NCBI GenBank assembly: GCA_028873925.1
Contig: JAPPNA010000070.1
Location: forward strand, 13,821-77,820
From: Bacteroidota bacterium
Lineage (GTDB): Bacteria; Bacteroidota; Rhodothermia; Rhodothermales; Bin80
DNA length: 64,000 nt
Reading direction: 5' to 3'
Made by a program: the position numbers and the translations under genes
Shown: one piece after another, positions 46,059-56,558 of the stretch
Position numbering within the stretch: position 1 is the first letter of the stretch
How the letters are laid out: the number at the start of each line of letters is the position of its first letter
Notes under the pieces: model-generated
The model's database searches: none
What the model saw: the letters and a program-made list of their open reading frames with translations, nothing else
What the model was told of the DNA's origin: nothing

Positions 46059-47030
46059 CTACGGCGAAACCGCCTGAATCCGTTCGATGAGGGCAAGAAT
46101 GACTGGATCATCCCGGTAGGCCTCGTAGAGGCCGGTTACCCGCGCCGCAAAGGGGGCCTTATCAGGATAAATGACTTCCACGCCCGCTTCCTGTACTTTG
46201 GCCAGCGCTTCCCGGGTAGCTTCCGCCCACAGGGTCTTCTGGTATTCCGCAGATTCCGTCGCCGCTTCCTGAACCCATTGCTGCTGCTCCGGCGAAAGCC
46301 GTGACCAGGTGATGGTGCTGATCAGGAGCACATCCGGCAGGCCGGTATGCTCATCCAGCGTGTAGAACCTGCAGACCTCATAATGCCGGGAAGTATAGAA
46401 GGAGGGAGGGTTGTTTTCTGCTCCATCGACGACTCCCTGCTGCAGCGCGGTATACAGTTCGCCCCAGGAAATCGGCGTGGCTGAGCCACCCAGGCTGTTG
46501 ACCATATGCACCTGGGTGGCAGATTCCAGCGTGCGGATCTTGAGCCCAACCAGGTCATCTGGCGAGTGTATCGGGCGATCCTTGGTGTAAAAGCTGCGAC
46601 TGCCCGCATCGTAAAACGTCAGGCCTCGGAGCCAGTACGGTTCGCTGGAGAGGAGCACTTCCCGGCCAATCGGACCCTCCAGTATGCTGAACCGATGGGC
46701 CTCATCTCTGAAGAGGTAGGGCAGGCTGAGCACCTTGTACTGGGGGGCGAAGCCTTCCAGTACGGCTGAGGCAACCTTGGTCATGCCGAGACTGCCCAAC
46801 TGCAGCAGCTCCAGCAGCTGCCGCTCGGTCCCCAACTGCTGGTTGGGGTAGATCTGTATGCGCAGCGTGCCCCCTGATTTTGCATCCACCCGCTCCTGCA
46901 TGTACACCATGGCCTGGTGTACCGGATGATTGGTGTCCAGGCCGTGGCCGAGCTTTATGGTATGCACACCGGCTGAGGGTCCGCAGCCAGCCACAAGTAC
47001 CATCAGCAGCAGGAGCGTCGCCCTTACCAT
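46059..47030 (-). CDS. dctP: TRAP transporter substrate-binding protein
   Basis: Lipobox-like 'LVAGCG'. 'IKLGHGLDTNHPVHQAMVYMQERV...GTLRIQIYPNQQLG' is typical DctP. Confidence 0.9.
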   Translation of the reverse strand: MVRATLLLLMVLVAGCGPSAGVHTIKLGHGLDTNHPVHQAMVYMQERVDAKSGGTLRIQIYPNQQLGTERQLLELLQLGSLGMTKVASAVLEGFAPQYKVLSLPYLFRDEAHRFSILEGPIGREVLLSSEPYWLRGLTFYDAGSRSFYTKDRPIHSPDDLVGLKIRTLESATQVHMVNSLGGSATPISWGELYTALQQGVVDGAENNPPSFYTSRHYEVCRFYTLDEHTGLPDVLLISTITWSRLSPEQQQWVQEAATESAEYQKTLWAEATREALAKVQEAGVEVIYPDKAPFAARVTGLYEAYRDDPVILALIERIQAVSP

Positions 47031-47965
47031 TCGTCCTCAAATCCGGGTTGGGTTACGATGCGTGCCCAGTCGCGTTCGTTCTCGGTGTAGGCACCCAGGC
47101 ACCAGACAAACATGAAATCAACCGTCGGTGGAGCCATCGTGTCATGATAATTGGGGGTCACATTGATGGCCTGCTCATCAAACAGGTGGACGTATGTGTT
47201 CAGTGTTTCCAGAGGGCGGGCGCAGTTTTGGAGTACATAGGGTATCGCGCCAGGTATCACGGACGCGCACCTGAAATGATAGATTTCCTCTTTAGCATCC
47301 CTTCCGAGTCCGCTCGGCCCGTCAGGACCGTGAAAATGAGGCGGATAGCTGCCGACACCACCGGGCTGCTGCATGAAGGTGTCTCCGAACAGCAGGCGGC
47401 ACGCCTGTATGTTCTGATCTACGAGCTTGTAAACGGTGCGCCGCGTCATGGGCCGCTTGGTACCGACATCGGCCGCCAACGGGGTGCCCTCAATGTCCGA
47501 ATGGCGTACTCGGCAGGTGGGGTGTCTGGTGTGGCAGTCGATCGCCCGATATTCGCTGACATCGGCGAGTTCATGGTCGCATCTCACCTCAACAGATTCG
47601 CCGATGCCGGCATACACAACATCCCCCATCTCCAGGTCAAACTCACCGGCCTGAGTGGTAAGGGTAGTCCGGCCCCGGTTGACATAAAAGACCGCTTCCT
47701 GGTTCGGGGGTAAAGTAACGCGTATCGGGGTATAACCGGGCGCTTCAGGCTGCAGCGCAATCCGGGCCATGCGCAGGTATCGAAAACTTGAGTTGTCGCC
47801 GGTAATGATCTCTTCACGAGCATTGAGCACAGGGCGCGTGTCAAACAGCTCCGCGCTGCGCAACTTTTCCCGGCCGAGTACAACGGCGCGTCCGGTGGAA
47901 CGTCGGGCATTGGGGGAGAGCGGCGGTGTCGTGACGAAATTCCCGATCAGGCGTGAAGCGATCAT
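47024..47965 (-). CDS. KduI/IolB-family cupin sugar isomerase
   Basis: 'GGVGSYPPHFHG...AKEEIYHF' matches the IolB/KduI 'SSYPPHKHD...EEIYY' core. It heads the TRAP operon and is divergent from uxaC. Confidence 0.6.
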   Translation of the reverse strand: MIASRLIGNFVTTPPLSPNARRSTGRAVVLGREKLRSAELFDTRPVLNAREEIITGDNSSFRYLRMARIALQPEAPGYTPIRVTLPPNQEAVFYVNRGRTTLTTQAGEFDLEMGDVVYAGIGESVEVRCDHELADVSEYRAIDCHTRHPTCRVRHSDIEGTPLAADVGTKRPMTRRTVYKLVDQNIQACRLLFGDTFMQQPGGVGSYPPHFHGPDGPSGLGRDAKEEIYHFRCASVIPGAIPYVLQNCARPLETLNTYVHLFDEQAINVTPNYHDTMAPPTVDFMFVWCLGAYTENERDWARIVTQPGFEDEW

Positions 47966-48006
47966 AACGAAACAGAGTTGAGCTTACCCTCAAAAATACA
48001 GCGCAG

Positions 48007-49416
48007 ATGCAAACGTTTTTGCACAATGATTTTCTGCTGCAGAGTGATGCAGCCAGACGGCTCTACCACGACCACGCGGCACCGATGCCGATCGTGGACT
48101 ACCACTGCCATCTGCCTGCAGAGGACATCGCAAACGACCGCCGATTCACCAATCTGACACGGGCGTGGCTGGAAGGCGATCATTACAAGTGGCGGGCGAT
48201 GCGCATCAACGGCATGGAGGAGAGCTATTGCACCGGCAATGTATCGGACCGGGAAAAATTTCAGGCCTGGGCGCGCACAGTGCCCCACACCCTGATGAAC
48301 CCGCTCTATCACTGGACCCACCTGGAATTGCGCCGGTATTTTGGAGTCGATGAGCTGTTGAATGCGCAGTCCGCCGACGCGATCTACGATGCGTGCAGTG
48401 CCCTGCTGCAGACGGAAGACTTCAGTTGTCGGAATCTGCTGCGGAGGATGAATGTGCGGCTGGTCTGCACGACGAACGACCCCGCGGAAACACTCAGCGC
48501 TCACGAGGCCATTGCCGGAGGTCCGGGAGGTCTGATCGTCGTCCCGGGATTCAGGGCAGACCGCGCTTCGGCCATTCAGAATCCGGCGGTATGGCGCGGG
48601 TATCTGCAGGACCTCGGAACCGCGGCAGATATTGACATCCGCTCGCCGGACACCCTGTTGGAAGCTTTGCAGCAGAGGCACGATTACTTTGCGGCACACG
48701 GGTGTGTGGTAAGCGATCATGGTGAGGAAACGCTGTACGCGCAGCAGTATGCCGCCTCTGAGGTAAAGGCCGTTTTTGATCGTTCAATGCGGGGACTTGT
48801 GCCTACCCACGCGGATGTGGCTCTCTTCAAGAGCTGGCTGCTGTATGAACTCGCACTAATGGATCACGCTAAGGGTTGGGTGCAGCAGTTTCACCTGTCG
48901 GCCTTGCGCAATACCAACAGCCGCGCACCTGCGCCGGACAGCGGCTATGATTCCATTGGGGATTTTGCGCTGGCCGAACGGGTGGCCCGGTTTCTGGACC
49001 GACTCCATTCCACCGGGCAGCTGGCCAAGACGATTTTGTACTCGGTGAATCCGGCACACAACGAGGTGTTGGCTTCAATGTGCGGCAATTTCTCCGAGCA
49101 TCCGGTGCCGGGCAAGATCCAGTTCGGAACAGCGTGGTGGTTCATGGATCAGATTGATGGTATGGTCCGGCAGCTCACAGCTCTGGCCAACATGGGCCTG
49201 ATAAGCCGATTTGTGGGGATGCTGACGGACTCCCGGAGTTTTCTGTCGTTTCCGAGACACGAATATTTTCGGCGGATCCTTTGCGACATGATCGGCGGCC
49301 AGATGGAGCGCGGCGAGTTGCCAATGGATACGGACTGGATGGGAAAAGTGGTACAGGATATCTGCTTCACCAACGCCTGGACGTATTTCGGATTTGACCG
49401 CATCCGCCAGCGGTGA
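48007..49416 (+). CDS. uxaC: Glucuronate isomerase
   Basis: 'FLHNDFLLQSDAARRLYHDHAAPMPIVDYHCHL', 'DHYKWRAMR' and 'FGTAWWF' are canonical UxaC motifs. Confidence 0.95.
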   Translation: MQTFLHNDFLLQSDAARRLYHDHAAPMPIVDYHCHLPAEDIANDRRFTNLTRAWLEGDHYKWRAMRINGMEESYCTGNVSDREKFQAWARTVPHTLMNPLYHWTHLELRRYFGVDELLNAQSADAIYDACSALLQTEDFSCRNLLRRMNVRLVCTTNDPAETLSAHEAIAGGPGGLIVVPGFRADRASAIQNPAVWRGYLQDLGTAADIDIRSPDTLLEALQQRHDYFAAHGCVVSDHGEETLYAQQYAASEVKAVFDRSMRGLVPTHADVALFKSWLLYELALMDHAKGWVQQFHLSALRNTNSRAPAPDSGYDSIGDFALAERVARFLDRLHSTGQLAKTILYSVNPAHNEVLASMCGNFSEHPVPGKIQFGTAWWFMDQIDGMVRQLTALANMGLISRFVGMLTDSRSFLSFPRHEYFRRILCDMIGGQMERGELPMDTDWMGKVVQDICFTNAWTYFGFDRIRQR

Positions 49417-50187
49417 CCCGGAAATGCCGTTGATCCCGTTCCGGCAAGCGTCTCGCCGGGCACTCCAAGGGCACCACGCCCGGGAGGCTGCCGAGATGTA
49501 GGATGTTACCGCTCCAGTTCTGTTCTGCGCGGCGGGCTCAGCAGGATTATATCGGGAACCTCATCCGCACCAACCGTCACGCACCCGAATGAATAAAAGG
49601 AGCCTTTTGCAAGACTCCGGGACGTGCCAATATCCAACTCGTATGATTGCGCAATGGCCTCGGAAGCTGGGGCATCTGCACGTGGAGGTTGCGGGGCCTG
49701 CGAAACGTGAAATAGGCAAAACCCCGTGATTCACGCGTTTTGCAAGAGCTTCATAAGAGCCTTTATGTCTTGCTGAATCTGGATCCCCAAGCACAACAGC
49801 CACCATGTTCGTTGCCGCTTTCCATCCACGCAGCCGCAAGACTGAGCGTGCCGGTCACCTGCTGCGTTATCGCTCCTACCGACCTCCTGAGACCCATAGA
49901 GAGAAAACTGACTCAAACCCGACGAGTCAATACTCAGTCCGCTGCTATCTGGGAGTCGTGTTCACAGCTACGACAAAGGGATTCTTAGGGAAACTATGAT
50001 CCGGGATCCCCAAACAGACGGAAATCAGCTCAGATAACAGGCCGCGATGCGAAAAAGCTTGCCAGCTAAGCCACCAGAAGGGCGATGATACCGGGTTTAC
50101 CGATGGGTAACGGCTTTTTGTGCGCCGATAATATGCCCCCAGACGCGAATTTTCAAGTTCGGACGGGGAAAGCCCCGGCTTGAGACA

Positions 50188-50373
50188 TTAGCCGTTCGTC
50201 AAGATGGTGAGCACCGAGATTAGAATGCCCGGAAAGGCCACCCCCAGCCCGATCATCCATTTGATCCGATTGATTTGCGCTTCAAGTCTGGTACCGGCCA
50301 TATTTTCAACATTCTTGATGATGTAGTGGACCTCATGCCCTTTGAGACCTAACCGCTTGAGTATCCGAAACAT
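50188..50373 (-). CDS. Hypothetical 61-aa tail-anchored membrane protein (DUF1640/XhlA-like architecture)
   Basis: ATG start. Amphipathic 'TRLEAQINRIKW' is followed by the TM segment 'MIGLGVAFPGILISVLTIL'. Third-position G+C is about two-thirds by my count, similar to real genes here. There is no homology evidence. Confidence 0.3.
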   Translation of the reverse strand: MFRILKRLGLKGHEVHYIIKNVENMAGTRLEAQINRIKWMIGLGVAFPGILISVLTILTNG

Positions 50374-50453
50374 CTCGGTACTCCGTCTTGGCGGGTGTCG
50401 GCCATGCGGATTGGACGTACGAGTCTGCTATGAGATTCCAAAGGTGCAGGCGG

Positions 50454-50654
50454 TCATTTGAGCCATTTACGGAAGGTTTGGAGGGGACATAGCTGCCGGA
50501 CATGCTCAATGATGTGTATTTCGTCTTCTGGATTGCTGCCCAAGCGCTGCAACCGCGCCATTAAGTCGTCCAGCGCTTCATGGACGGACTGCCTACAGGG
50601 TTTGATTCCGGGATTGCGGCCGCCCGAAACGGGAAGGAGCCGGATGCCGCTCAT
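50454..50654 (-). CDS. Hypothetical 66-aa protein, start overlapping the uxaA stop (ATGA)
   Basis: The ATG at 50654..50652 overlaps the uxaA TGA at 50653..50651. Third-position G+C is about two-thirds. I recognise no family. Confidence 0.25.
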   Translation of the reverse strand: MSGIRLLPVSGGRNPGIKPCRQSVHEALDDLMARLQRLGSNPEDEIHIIEHVRQLCPLQTFRKWLK

Positions 50655-52267
50655 AGTGAAACACCGCGCTTCCAGGGGATAAAGTCATGCTGGCGCAGGC
50701 GGGAGGCCCGGGTGGTTTCTGTGCCGCTGGCAACACGAATAACCAGCTCCATTATGGCTTCGCCGGTTTCCTCAATTGTGGCCTGCCCGGCAATAATGCC
50801 CCCTGCATCCAGATCAATCAGGTCCGGCAATCGTAAGGCCACACCTGAATTGCTGCTGATCTTGATGACCTGAGCTACGGGATTGCCGGTGGGCGTGCCC
50901 ATGCCGGTCGAAAAAAGGATGATTTGTGCTCCCGCCCCGGCCAGCCCCGTGGTGGACTCAACATCCCCTCCGGGTGTGCAGAGCAGATTCAGCCCGCTCG
51001 CGGTAGCATATTCCGGGTAGTCCAGGACCGCGGCGATGGGAGCCGTGCCGCCCTTGCGGGCCGCTCCGGCACTTTTCATTGCGTCAGTGAGCAGTCCGTC
51101 CCGGATGTTGCCGGGTGAGGGATTCATCTCAAAGCCGGTGCCTACTGCCTCTGCCAGCGCCGCGTAATCCCGCATGATTGACGCAAACCTGGAGGCCACC
51201 TCAATCGATCCGCAACGGTCAATCAAGGCCTGTTCAACTCCGCAGAGTTCCGGAAACTCTGCCAGTATCGTACGACCTCCCAGTTCCACCATGAGGTCAC
51301 TGGCGTGTCCAATGGCCGGATTGGCGGAAATCCCACTGAATCCATCTGAACCTCCGCACTCCAATCCTAAGGTCAAACGGCTTAGGGGTGCCGGCGCGCG
51401 GCGCTGTTGATTGATCAGTTTGAGACCTTCAAACGTTTCATTGATGGCCTGGGTAAGCAACCGGTCGGCACTGGAAAAATCCTGCTGCCGGTACACCAGC
51501 AGCGGCTTATCAAAATCAGGATTCCTGTGGGCCAGTTCCTCCATCAGCAGATCTATCTGAGCGTTCTCACAGCCGAGACTCAGTAGGGTGGCTCCACCTA
51601 CATTGGGATGGTGCAGATAGCCGGCAAACAGCCCGCACAGCGTGCGCGCATCCTGCCGCGACCCCCCGCATCCGCCTTGGTGCGTCAGGAAGTGGATGCC
51701 ATCCACATGAGGGAACACCTGCGTCTGCGTGGTCGGGCGCATCTTGTTCAGGGTATGCCCGGTCCGGTACGACTGCGCCAGGGCAGCCACCTGCTGTCGG
51801 TAGGGGGACACGCGGCTGTAGCCCAGCTCATCCTCAAATGCCCGGCGCAGCACATCCACATTGCGATTTTCACAGAATACCAGGGGTAGGGTCAGCCAGT
51901 GATTAGCGGTGCCCACCTGCCCATCGGAGCGATGAAAACCGTCAAACGTGTGGCTGGCCCACGGGGACACATCGGGGGATAACCACGCGTAATGACCCGC
52001 CCGAACCTCATAGCTGGCGGTGTCATGGCGGATCCGTTTTCGAGTAAGCTGCATGCCGCTTTGCAGATCACACAGGGCCTGGCCCACCGGAATTCCGTAC
52101 ATGATCACATGGGTGCCTGCAGCAACAGCCTTCGTACACACCTTATGTTTGGCGGGAACGGGTTCAAGCGTGACGCATCCGGGCGCAATCCGGGTGCCGC
52201 GTGCCAGTGGTGTCAGCGCGACTTCAACATTATCCCCCGGATGAATACGCAGCGTTCGCGCACGCAT
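50651..52267 (-). CDS. uxaA: Altronate dehydratase (UxaA family)
   Basis: SAF-domain N-terminus 'LRIHPGDNVEVAL', then 'LGLECGGSDGFSGISANP', 'NPSPGNIRDGL', 'ILFSTGMGTP' and the C-terminal 'PWKRGVSL', colinear with E. coli UxaA as recalled. Confidence 0.9.
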   Translation of the reverse strand: MRARTLRIHPGDNVEVALTPLARGTRIAPGCVTLEPVPAKHKVCTKAVAAGTHVIMYGIPVGQALCDLQSGMQLTRKRIRHDTASYEVRAGHYAWLSPDVSPWASHTFDGFHRSDGQVGTANHWLTLPLVFCENRNVDVLRRAFEDELGYSRVSPYRQQVAALAQSYRTGHTLNKMRPTTQTQVFPHVDGIHFLTHQGGCGGSRQDARTLCGLFAGYLHHPNVGGATLLSLGCENAQIDLLMEELAHRNPDFDKPLLVYRQQDFSSADRLLTQAINETFEGLKLINQQRRAPAPLSRLTLGLECGGSDGFSGISANPAIGHASDLMVELGGRTILAEFPELCGVEQALIDRCGSIEVASRFASIMRDYAALAEAVGTGFEMNPSPGNIRDGLLTDAMKSAGAARKGGTAPIAAVLDYPEYATASGLNLLCTPGGDVESTTGLAGAGAQIILFSTGMGTPTGNPVAQVIKISSNSGVALRLPDLIDLDAGGIIAGQATIEETGEAIMELVIRVASGTETTRASRLRQHDFIPWKRGVSL

Positions 52268-53265
52268 CAGTGCACGTCCGAGAAATCTCCGACGTTGAAC
52301 GCCATGGCCGGATGGACTACCGTTGAATGGGAGCCTATCAGGGAGTTGTCCAGAACGGCGTTGGAGACGCGCGCACCTTCAAAGATGATACTGTTCCGGA
52401 TGACCGAATGGTTGATGCGCGCACCAGCTTCAATGCATACATACGGGCCAATCACGGATCCGGTTACGACAGCACTCTCATCCAGGTAAACCGGCTCAAC
52501 CAGGACGCTGCCGCTGGTGCCCACGCGGCGCACATCCTGAGGCTCGTGCATCAGCAGATACCTGACCGTGTCCTGGAACGCCTCCAGCGTGCCGCAGTCC
52601 AACCAGGACCTTACGCCCGCCGTTCTGAATATCAGGCCATCTTTGAGCATCAGGTCAAACGCATCGGTGAGGTAATACTCGCCGCCTTTGCCACAGATGC
52701 TCTGGTCGAACAATACCTGGATAGCGCTCTTCAGCTGCGCCAGATCCCGTACGTAATAGATTCCGATTAAGGCTTCATTCGAAATCGGCTCCTGCGGTTT
52801 TTCGACAAAGGCGACAATGCGATCCTCCTGCCGTACGGCCACACCAAACCGGCGCGGATCGTCTACTTCTTTGACCCAGGCGACGACATCGCTGAGTTCC
52901 AGCCCGACCACCGGGTCCATTTCAAAAACGGTGTCCGCATATACGACGACTCCTTCGCCGCTGAGATGCTTATCGGCTTGAGCTACGGCATGCGCGGTGC
53001 CCAGCGGGTCTTGCTGGATCACAAAGTGCGGCTTCACCTTGAATCGGGCCGCAATGTCGGTGAGTTGAAGGGTAATATCCTTGCCGAACGTGGGACTGAG
53101 GATAAAGACGCTGTCGGTGATCCGCCGCTCAAGCGTAGCGGCAAAGCCCGCTATGATACGCTCCACCATGCTCTTGCCCCGCACGGTCAGCAGCGGCTTG
53201 GGGGTCACATTGGACTGCGGCCGCAGGCGTTTGCCGCGACCGGCCATAGGGATAATGAGTTTCAC
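52267..53265 (-). CDS. Sugar-phosphate nucleotidyltransferase with a C-terminal left-handed beta-helix
   Basis: 'MKLIIPMAGRGKRLRP...PKPLL' is the NTP_transferase G-rich loop. The C-terminal hexapeptide-like repeats are 'VIGPYVCIEAGARINHSVIRNSIIFEGARV'. Confidence 0.8.
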   Translation of the reverse strand: MKLIIPMAGRGKRLRPQSNVTPKPLLTVRGKSMVERIIAGFAATLERRITDSVFILSPTFGKDITLQLTDIAARFKVKPHFVIQQDPLGTAHAVAQADKHLSGEGVVVYADTVFEMDPVVGLELSDVVAWVKEVDDPRRFGVAVRQEDRIVAFVEKPQEPISNEALIGIYYVRDLAQLKSAIQVLFDQSICGKGGEYYLTDAFDLMLKDGLIFRTAGVRSWLDCGTLEAFQDTVRYLLMHEPQDVRRVGTSGSVLVEPVYLDESAVVTGSVIGPYVCIEAGARINHSVIRNSIIFEGARVSNAVLDNSLIGSHSTVVHPAMAFNVGDFSDVH

Positions 53266-53269
53266 GGCA

Positions 53270-53752
53270 CTAGTCCAGCATCAGTTCGGGATTATTGAGG
53301 TCCTCGTAACGGATTTCATCCACAGGCTCCTGCCGGTGATGACCCGCATATAGGCGGTTGGGACAATTTAGCACAATGGCTTCGGTGCTGCCGGTATTGC
53401 GGTACGCATGGATCACGCCCGGCGGAATCAGGACCGTTACGGGATTGGTCTCGCCGACATCAACGGTCGTGCGATGGCCATACGTGTGGGAATCCGGACG
53501 GTTGTCCCACAGATACAGGCGGAAGCTGCCACTGAAGAAAGCGAACAGATCCGTCTGGGAGTCATGTGCGTGCGGTCCGCGCGCAATGCCAGCATGCGTC
53601 ATGGATACGTAGGCCATCACCGGATGAAGGAAATCGGCCAGTTCATCCTCGCGGTAAATCTCGGCAAGCCAGCCGCGCGCGTCCGAGAAATTCTTCAATG
53701 GCTGAAGTCGGCAGCCATTGATGTTTCCGAGCGTCCACCGGGGAAAGCTCAT
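53270..53752 (-). CDS. dTDP-4-dehydrorhamnose 3,5-epimerase-family cupin
   Basis: The RmlC-like motifs are 'FSDARGWLAEIY', 'ARGPHAH' and 'VLIPPGVIHAY'. Confidence 0.75.
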   Translation of the reverse strand: MSFPRWTLGNINGCRLQPLKNFSDARGWLAEIYREDELADFLHPVMAYVSMTHAGIARGPHAHDSQTDLFAFFSGSFRLYLWDNRPDSHTYGHRTTVDVGETNPVTVLIPPGVIHAYRNTGSTEAIVLNCPNRLYAGHHRQEPVDEIRYEDLNNPELMLD

Positions 53753-54501
53753 TTTGCCGTTTGGGGATGCAATTCGGAGAATTTTACATGCCGAACCATT
53801 CTGTTGGCGCGCTGCAGACCCTTAATCGTACCGGCATCGCCCCATTTGCCCGTAAGGATGCCATACGTGAGCAGGCTGCGCCGAACGTACATCGTATTGA
53901 GATCGCTGACTTCCAATTCCTGCCGCTTGCTGGGCGTGAGTCCCCGGATATAGCTGAACACCTCTCGGTCATAAAAATAGATCCCGGTGACCGCGTAGGG
54001 GCTGGGCGGGTTCGCGGGCTTCTCCAGTACCTCAACGATCTGTCCGTCTTCAAAGCGGGGTACGCCGTAGTGTCTGGGTTTCCTGACTTTCTTCAGCAGC
54101 AGTCGGGCTCCCCGCTCTTGCCCCCGGAAGGCGGCTATCTGGTCATCGATGCCCTGATCCAGGATATTGTCGCCCAGAATCACCACGGAAAGATTGTCCC
54201 CCACAAAGCCTTCGCACAGTCCCAGGGCCTGCGCGATGCCGCCCGGTTCTTCCTGCACACGGAAGGTCAGATCCAGTCCAAGTCGCCGTCCGCTGCCCAG
54301 CAGTGTGACGAACGGCCCCATATGTTCGGGGCTGGTTACGACCGCGACCTGGGTGATTCCCGCCTGCTTTAAACGCATCAGCGGGTGGTATACCATAGGG
54401 TAGCGGCCCACCGGTAAGAGGTGCTTGTTGACCACCCGGGTGAGGTGTTCAAGACGGCTGCCGGTGCCGCCGGCGAGAACGACGCCTTTCATGGGCTTCA
54501 A
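53749..54501 (-). CDS. Glucose-1-phosphate thymidylyl/nucleotidyl-transferase-like (short RmlA-like)
   Basis: It carries the nucleotidyltransferase motifs 'MKGVVLAGGTGSRLEHLTRVVNKHLLPV' and 'GIAQAL'. Confidence 0.8.
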   Translation of the reverse strand: MKPMKGVVLAGGTGSRLEHLTRVVNKHLLPVGRYPMVYHPLMRLKQAGITQVAVVTSPEHMGPFVTLLGSGRRLGLDLTFRVQEEPGGIAQALGLCEGFVGDNLSVVILGDNILDQGIDDQIAAFRGQERGARLLLKKVRKPRHYGVPRFEDGQIVEVLEKPANPPSPYAVTGIYFYDREVFSYIRGLTPSKRQELEVSDLNTMYVRRSLLTYGILTGKWGDAGTIKGLQRANRMVRHVKFSELHPQTAK

Positions 54502-54529
54502 TGAGATCTTATGGAATCCAGACGGACCA

Positions 54530-55585
54530 TCATCCTACAACGGCATCGCCGCGCTGTTCATGCTGAAGGTCGGAGGCGACCATATCTGCAATCAGTTCAT
54601 CCAGTGTTATACGCGGCATCCAGCCCAGCTTCTCGGCGGCTTTGGAGGCATCGCCCAGCAGATGGTCTACCTCTGCGGGCCGATAGTACCTCGGATCGAT
54701 GGCCACCAGCGCTTCTCCGCGGTATCGCCCGCATTCATTTTCGCCTTCACCCTCCCACACCAGATCAATGCCCGCCGCCGCAAAGGCACGCGTGCAGAAA
54801 TAGCGCACGGTAGCGGATCGCCCGGTCGCCAACACATAATCGTCCGGCGTACTCTGCTGCAGCATCCGCCACATCCCGTCCACATAATCGCGCGCATGGC
54901 CCCAGTCACGGGCGGCATCCAGATTGCCGAGGAACAGCCGCTTCTGGAGTCCGAGGCTGATCCGTGCGGCAGCGCGCGTAATCTTGCGGGTCACAAAGGT
55001 TTCGCCGCGCAGGGGACTTTCATGGTTGAACAGGATCCCGTTGGACGCATGAAATCCGTAGGCTTCACGATAATTGACGGTAATCCAGTACGCATAGAGT
55101 TTGGCGGCACCATAGGGGCTGCGGGGCCGGAAGGCGGTGTGCTCATTCTGCGGGGACTCCGAGGCGTTCCCAAAAAGCTCGCTGGTTGAAGCCTGATAAA
55201 ACCGTACCCGCTTCCCCATGCCGAGGATGCGAATCGCCTCCAGCAGGCGCAGCACCCCTACGGCATCCGCATTAGCCGTGTATTCCGGCGTTTCAAAACT
55301 CACCTGAACATGGCTCTGGGCCCCCAGATTGTAGATCTCATCCGGCTGGACCTCCTGCACGATCCGGATCAGGTTGGTGGAATCCGTCAGATCCCCATAG
55401 TGCAGGTGGAACCGGCGTGATTCCACATGGGGCGGCTCGTAAAGGTGATCTACGCGCTGGGTGTTGAACAGACTGGAACGGCGCTTGACCCCGTGCACAA
55501 TGTAGCCCTTGTTGAGCAGCAGCTCGGCCAGGTACGCGCCATCCTGACCTGTAATCCCCGTGATCAGGGCCACCTTAGCAGGCAT
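54530..55585 (-). CDS. gmd: GDP-mannose 4,6-dehydratase
   Basis: '[35 protein letters not shown]', 'ASTSELFG' and '[12 protein letters not shown]'. I set the start at the ATG at 55585; the ORF track's 55621 is an alternative. Confidence 0.95.
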   Translation of the reverse strand: MPAKVALITGITGQDGAYLAELLLNKGYIVHGVKRRSSLFNTQRVDHLYEPPHVESRRFHLHYGDLTDSTNLIRIVQEVQPDEIYNLGAQSHVQVSFETPEYTANADAVGVLRLLEAIRILGMGKRVRFYQASTSELFGNASESPQNEHTAFRPRSPYGAAKLYAYWITVNYREAYGFHASNGILFNHESPLRGETFVTRKITRAAARISLGLQKRLFLGNLDAARDWGHARDYVDGMWRMLQQSTPDDYVLATGRSATVRYFCTRAFAAAGIDLVWEGEGENECGRYRGEALVAIDPRYYRPAEVDHLLGDASKAAEKLGWMPRITLDELIADMVASDLQHEQRGDAVVG

Positions 55586-56558
55586 TCTCGGTCGTCTTGT
55601 ACCAGGCATAGGTTTGTTCAATACCGCGCTTCAGCGGCGTGGAAGCCTGCCAGCCCAGGGCCTTCATCCGGGAAACATCCACAAGTTTGCGCGGCGTACC
55701 GTCCGGTTTGCTGCGATCGTGAACTATGGTGCCTTTGAATCCCACGACGCGCACAAGGAGGTCACACAGCTCATTGATGGAAATATCCGTACCTGTACCG
55801 ACGTTCAACAGTCCGTCCGGGGCCATCGCATACAGCGCGGACTCGGGTATCCGAAGGGCGAACAGGCAGGCATCCGCCATGTCTTCACTGTACAGAAACT
55901 CCCGTTTGGGCGTACCGGTGCCCCAGACGGAGACCGTACGCCTGCCGCGAACGCGGGCTTCATGAAATTTACGCAGCAATGCCGGCAGGACATGGCTGGT
56001 CGCCAGATCGAAGTTGTCGCCCGGTCCGTACAGGTTGGTTGCCATTAGGGACACAAAATCACAACCGTGCTGTTTGCGCAGCGCCTGACACTGGGTCACG
56101 CCGGCAATCTTGGCTACAGCATACCAACGATTGGTGACCTCCAGCGGCCCGGTCAACAGCGAGGTTTCCGGGATGGGCTGCGGAGCCTCCCGCGGATAAA
56201 TGCATGTGCTGCCCAGGAAAATCAGTCGACTGACCTGCTCAGCTGCCGCGGCCTGCAGGACATGGTTCTGGATCAGCAGATTATCGTTGATAAAGTCCGC
56301 CGGATAGGTGTCGTTGGCCAGGATACCTCCTACACGGGCGGCAGCCAGCACAATGTAATCCGGGCGCTCAGCCGCCATGAAGCGCTGCACCTCCGCCTGA
56401 TTGCGAAGGTCCAATTCCGCGCGGGTTCTAAGAATCAGGCGGCCAAAGCCTTCGTGCCGGAGGTGACGGACAATTGCCTGGCCGAGCAGCCCGCGGTGAC
56501 CGGCAACATAAATGCGTGCTTCCTTACTGGAGAGTTGCATCCCGTCAGCGCTCCGCAC
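55575..56558 (-). CDS. fcl: GDP-L-fucose synthase
   Basis: '[15 protein letters not shown]', 'LGSTCIYP' and 'WYAVAKIAG'. The alternative start at 56540 would remove the overlap with the upstream gene. Confidence 0.9.
   Translation of the reverse strand: MRSADGMQLSSKEARIYVAGHRGLLGQAIVRHLRHEGFGRLILRTRAELDLRNQAEVQRFMAAERPDYIVLAAARVGGILANDTYPADFINDNLLIQNHVLQAAAAEQVSRLIFLGSTCIYPREAPQPIPETSLLTGPLEVTNRWYAVAKIAGVTQCQALRKQHGCDFVSLMATNLYGPGDNFDLATSHVLPALLRKFHEARVRGRRTVSVWGTGTPKREFLYSEDMADACLFALRIPESALYAMAPDGLLNVGTGTDISINELCDLLVRVVGFKGTIVHDRSKPDGTPRKLVDVSRMKALGWQASTPLKRGIEQTYAWYKTTENAC

Noticed and set aside
47962-48720. A 252-aa ORF lies antisense to uxaC. Similar long antisense ORFs occur at 2112-2840, 17632-18291, 34948-35676, 46880-47713 and 54425-55189.
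   Set aside because: Each lies entirely opposite a gene with strong family motifs and has no motifs of its own. These are high-GC frame shadows.
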